From: Octopus sinensis
Lineage: Eukaryota
Assembly: GCF_006345805.1 (NCBI RefSeq)
Contig: NC_042998.1
Location: 122,264,001-122,328,000, forward strand
DNA: 64,000 nt
Reading direction: 5' to 3'
In this document: one piece after another, positions 62,606-64,000 of the stretch
Layout of the letters: each line of letters starts with the position of its first letter
Position numbering within the stretch: the stretch's first letter is position 1
Translations under genes and position numbers: made by a program
Notes under the pieces: generated by a model
What the model saw: the letters and a program-made list of their open reading frames with translations, nothing else
Database searches by the model: none
Told to the model about the DNA's origin: nothing

Positions 62606-63209
62606 CCCGAAATATTTCCATGTCGAGCAAGAAAAATAGCAGAGTTGTGTGTGCCTCTGTGTGTGTGAAAGATAGATAGTTTGAGAGATAGAAAGAGGAG
62701 AGCAAGCGAGTGAGAGAGAGAGAGACAGACAGACAGGGAGTCTTTATGTAGTTAATTGACAGAACATGTATTCAAGTGACTGAGGATATTGTAGTTGTTT
62801 AAACTCAGGTCTGCCTTAGCTAATCATACTTATGACCATATCATCAACAAATGTTTCCCTCTTTAAGAGATTTGGCTGCTATTTCTGGCAGACAGGACTA
62901 CCATTCAGGGGCTCCTTTTTTGGCAACAGTGTGCACATGGCAGTGATACTGAATTGAGAGAAACAATGAAAGAAAATTTGTTGTTGCAAACTGGACAGCA
63001 TCTACTTCAACCAGAATCTTGTTGGTTGCAGTATGATTGAAGAACTTTGCAAAGTTAGTAGGAATCTCTTTGGAAAAGGAACAGGAGGCACAGGTGCAAT
63101 TTAGCAGGTTGAAGTGCTTGTATATTTTCTCATGCATGCAAACCTAATTTAGTTGTCATGTTTATTGTCATGACTCTAGAATAGTGGAGCAGGTAGGTTC
63201 ATTTGCTTA

Positions 63210-63265
63210 TATATGTATGTGTGTGGATATTTATATATACATACACACACTTGCATATGTATATA

Positions 63266-63326
<61 letters not shown>

Positions 63327-63520
63327 TACATACATACATACATATATACACACATACATACATACATACATACATACATACATACATACATACATACATA
63401 CATACATGCATGCATGCATGCATACATACATACATACATACATACATACAACATACATATTTCCACGTATGCATGTGTGTGTGTATGTGTACACACATAC
63501 ACACATTACACGCACATATA
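63210..63520. repeat. Compound (TA)n/(CATA)n microsatellite
   Basis: Read directly. Confidence 0.95.
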
Positions 63521-63699
63521 TGTTGTATGTCTTAGTTCTGTCCTCTACCTTAAAGCTATGGATTAAGGCATATGTGTGATTATTGATGGAAATAAGGGTG
63601 CTGTAGGTGGTATGTTCCCAGATCTTATATAATTCCCTGTAAATAAATCCATTGTATACAGAGGGATCCATAGTATTTGAAATCCCAGTTTTGTCCGAA

Positions 63700-63950
63700 A
63701 AAGAAACATGTAGTTTGTTCAACCTGGTCACACCCAATATAAATCTCCAGATACCCTTTTGAAACTTGTCAATTTCTGTTTGAAGTAGTCCAATAGTGGT
63801 TTGTATGGCTTCCTACATATGCAGATTGTACAATTCTGAGTGCCTTGGATCATCAGAGCAGCCTGTGGGCTTTGTGTTGTAGTGGAATACTCTCCATCTC
63901 ATCTGATGCATCAGTGCATTGCTCTTCTGCAGTATCACCTCAAGAAATTA
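63700..63950 (-). mobile_element. Possible very old LTR-retrotransposon (Gypsy-like) RNase H remnant
   Basis: The minus strand gives QCTDASDE (63901-63921), then SKALRIVQSAY, then YKPL. This loosely follows the TDAS...SK.L...Q..Y...HKPL order, but there are stops and the match is weak. Confidence 0.3.
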
Positions 63951-64000
63951 TTGCTAAAGCATTGGTAATCCAAAACACTGTTTCTTCATACCAATGTTTA

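Noticed and set aside
61080-63140. Possible Gypsy integrase remnants (APVPPVPFP; LQTGDLV)
   Set aside because: The motifs are fragmentary and lie in shifting frames. The order fits the weak RNase H remnant, but no DDE motif could be read.

Overview
This is AT-rich, microsatellite-dense animal DNA, probably intronic or intergenic. Its SINE and LINE families resemble those I recall from octopus genomes; that assignment is from memory and was not searched. I cannot support any host protein-coding exon, tRNA, rRNA or CRISPR array. Almost all listed ORFs are microsatellite read-outs, and the rest are broken retroelement fragments: RTE/BovB-like, RTE with a PHD insert, R4/Dong-like, Tx1-like, CR1/L2-like and a Penelope-like GIY-YIG. 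The window also holds several tRNA-headed SINE families and piggyBac- and Tc1-type MITEs. The main unexplained signal is a set of type I hammerhead-ribozyme (HHR) motifs found by eye: 11 copies of 9 distinct sequences in 64 kb. Most have the near-palindromic stem III of Penelope-like-element (PLE) ribozymes, three have very long stem II insertions, and two have variant cores, one a G3-C8 swap. They lie in tandem, fold-back or palindromic repeats, mostly next to (TA)n tracts. The best case is a young 535-bp tandem unit with a canonical HHR in each copy plus an inverted partial copy (54695-55861). All folds were paired by hand, and no ribozyme activity is demonstrated.
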